From NCBI GenBank assembly GCA_963642145.1, contig CAVIFU010000003.1:6433-70432 (forward strand): a stretch of DNA of 64,000 nt. Reading direction: 5' to 3'. How positions within the stretch are numbered: the stretch's first letter is position 1; each line of letters starts with the position of its first letter. The position numbers and the translations under genes are program-made. The notes beneath the pieces are model-generated. The model had not been told where the DNA came from and did no database searches. It saw only the letters and a program-made list of their open reading frames with translations. The DNA is from Ruminococcus bicirculans (ex Wegman et al. 2014) (GTDB lineage Bacteria; Bacillota; Clostridia; Christensenellales; DTU072). Of the stretch, positions 62,294 to 64,000 are shown piece by piece.

Positions 62294-64000
62294 ATGCGTA
62301 ACGTAAGTACTGTAAACAGAACGGAAAACGGCGCGATAAGGCGCGGCAAGAAGTTATACACGGTAGCCATCAAAGTATGCGTATCGGTGGTGCTTTTTGC
62401 GCTCACCTTGTGCTTATTCAGCTTATATGAAGACGAGAGCAAATCGGTCTTGAATCAAGTAGGCACTTTGCTCGACGCCGATTATGAGCCTGCCACTTCC
62501 GACGTTGCCTACGCCTGGTCCAATCCGTCTGACAAAACAGAAGATGGTTACACCGCAAATATCACCGTATCGGGTAATAAATCCGCTACGTTGATTCCGG
62601 GTTCATCTACAACTATAACAGAGTGGAATTACGGCTCTACTTCCACCAACAGCAGTATAACGCGTGATAGCTCCGGCATGATCGCTACGGAAACAAATTC
62701 CGAGTATACCGTTAAGATGCTGTTGTATAGAGAAGTATCACTCGATGACGCGGCGCGTAGCGCGTTCAAGAACGGACTTGTAACCAAGTTCAACGTGACC
62801 ATAAACATGCAGAAGACGTTCAAAAGTTTTTATAAGAACGATAACGGTAGCTTTACCGGTACGTTCTTTTTGGCGTCTTACAAGGATAGCGCTTGCACAT
62901 CCGTCGATAGGCAGCACACTCCAACTTTTAGTCAGAATGTCGGCGAAAAAACTACAGGCACTACATCCCAGAATTTAAGCATAGCGCCAACCGGCGAGGC
63001 GAGCGTAATACGATACGGCGTTTACTTTAAGATTCAAAAAAATAAACAAAATAACGTTTTTGGCATAGGATATAAAGGCGCGATAACGCTCAGCTTTTCG
63101 GCTACGCAAAGCACGGATTCTTACAAGGGCTCCACACTGACAGTAACAAGTGATTTGGATAACGCCGAAGACGCCGATTACTGCGCGATTAAGGCTCCCG
63201 ACTTCACAGAATTCAGCACCGGAACGACGTATGCGGTAAACTACACGAACTCGAACCCCTTGGTAAGCAACGGAAAGACCATAAGCAAAGTTGAAGCAAA
63301 AGCAAACCCCGGGTATTACTTCTGCGGATGGGAAATAACCGGGACTATCGGCAGGTATACAGGTGGCAAATATGCCGAGCAGTCGATATTTTCGCCCACA
63401 TTGGATTTGGGCGGCGGATATGCGCTAAATGGAAATGTAACGGCAGTTGCGCATTTCAAAAAAATAATCTACCAAGTTCAAACCGGGAGCGAGTACTCTA
63501 CGGAGCAAACAACTACGTTTACATACCTGCAGGAGGAGGATTCTGAGAATCCCGGATATTCTACCGGCACCGGCGTCGGGCAGGGACCGGTAGTCATAGC
63601 GAAGAACTCCGATTGCGGCGTTGTGGGCGCGGTAGATAACGTTAGCTACGAATTTGACGTGAAACCGGGATCGATCGCCAATGGAACATTTACATCTGGC
63701 AGCAAGGCGTACACGTTGGCTTCTACCGGGACAAGCAGCACAGGGTATGAAAACGCCCCCGCGGACGCCGGTTCCTACAAGTACACGATAGGTGTTTTTG
63801 CGAAAAACTCTTCGGTTTGCCTCGGCTATTTGGAAGTCGCATTCACGATAAATCCGCTTAATGTTGACGGAGCGGAAATCAAGACGACAATCGACACCGA
63901 ATTTATATACAACGGCAGTGCGTTTACGCCGGTGCCGGACACCGTAGATATAATAGCAAAGAACGGTAAACCATACAGACTAAAAGTAGGTGTAGACTAT
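62294..64000 (+). CDS. Further large signal-anchored surface protein, 5' part (open to the right window edge, at least 569 aa)
   Basis: Not in the ORF track because there is no stop in the window. My own translation from ATG 62294 (AGAGGT RBS, 10 nt after the upstream stop) is open through 64000. The TM anchor is VAIKVCVSVVLFALTLCLFSL. It has a Flg_new-like PGYYFCGWEI (~63310) and an MBG-like segment AGSYKYTIGVF...FTINP (~63770-63860). Confidence 0.8.
   Translation, partial: MRNVSTVNRTENGAIRRGKKLYTVAIKVCVSVVLFALTLCLFSLYEDESKSVLNQVGTLLDADYEPATSDVAYAWSNPSDKTEDGYTANITVSGNKSATLIPGSSTTITEWNYGSTSTNSSITRDSSGMIATETNSEYTVKMLLYREVSLDDAARSAFKNGLVTKFNVTINMQKTFKSFYKNDNGSFTGTFFLASYKDSACTSVDRQHTPTFSQNVGEKTTGTTSQNLSIAPTGEASVIRYGVYFKIQKNKQNNVFGIGYKGAITLSFSATQSTDSYKGSTLTVTSDLDNAEDADYCAIKAPDFTEFSTGTTYAVNYTNSNPLVSNGKTISKVEAKANPGYYFCGWEITGTIGRYTGGKYAEQSIFSPTLDLGGGYALNGNVTAVAHFKKIIYQVQTGSEYSTEQTTTFTYLQEEDSENPGYSTGTGVGQGPVVIAKNSDCGVVGAVDNVSYEFDVKPGSIANGTFTSGSKAYTLASTGTSSTGYENAPADAGSYKYTIGVFAKNSSVCLGYLEVAFTINPLNVDGAEIKTTIDTEFIYNGSAFTPVPDTVDIIAKNGKPYRLKVGVDY

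Noticed and set aside
1-64000. CRISPR arrays, tRNA/rRNA genes, transposases, integrases, phage modules, toxin-antitoxin or known defence genes.
   Set aside because: Non-coding DNA totals only about 1.2 kb and contains only promoters, hairpins and short repeats. No regularly spaced direct repeats, no cloverleaf-like segments and no recombinase-like ORFs were seen on either strand.

Overview
Bacterial chromosomal window that is almost fully coding. Expression signals look Firmicutes/Clostridia-like: GGAGG-type RBSs, TTGACA-17-TATAAT promoters, lipoboxes and a dockerin. I found no rRNA, tRNA, CRISPR array, transposase or integrase. About 45 kb (~71%) of the window is four very large, N-terminally membrane-tethered surface-protein genes. 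(1) A single uninterrupted 28.2 kb ORF (7088..35317) encodes a ~9,409 aa lipoprotein. (2) A 2,109 aa lipoprotein (35457..41786) combines an HExxH metalloprotease, an RCC1-like propeller, an Ig-domain array and a C-terminal dockerin. (3) A 3,038 aa signal-anchored protein (53167..62283) has Ig-like modules and three GLUG-motif modules. (4) A further large surface protein (62294..>64000) runs off the window. The most unusual object is the 9,409 aa protein. Its N-terminal ~5,000 aa is an array of about 14 strongly diverged ~330 aa modules, each bounded by two recurring motifs and separated by acidic low-complexity linkers. I cannot assign these modules to any family by eye. The array is followed by hydrophobic/glycine-zipper segments and a long run of Ig-like domains. 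A small lipoprotein (41773..42492), translationally coupled to the dockerin protein, carries a cohesin-like module, which suggests a self-contained dockerin-cohesin tether. Flanking genes are ordinary: a MATE fragment, a transglutaminase-like lipoprotein, an amino-sugar cassette (beta-sandwich protein, ROK kinase, PIG-L deacetylase), a GH20 hexosaminidase, a Ca2+ P-type ATPase, signal peptidase I, and a minus-strand block (NPP/AlkP-like enzyme, esterase, membrane protein, condensation-like acyltransferase). All domain names come from motif recognition by eye. No HMM, BLAST or structure prediction was run.
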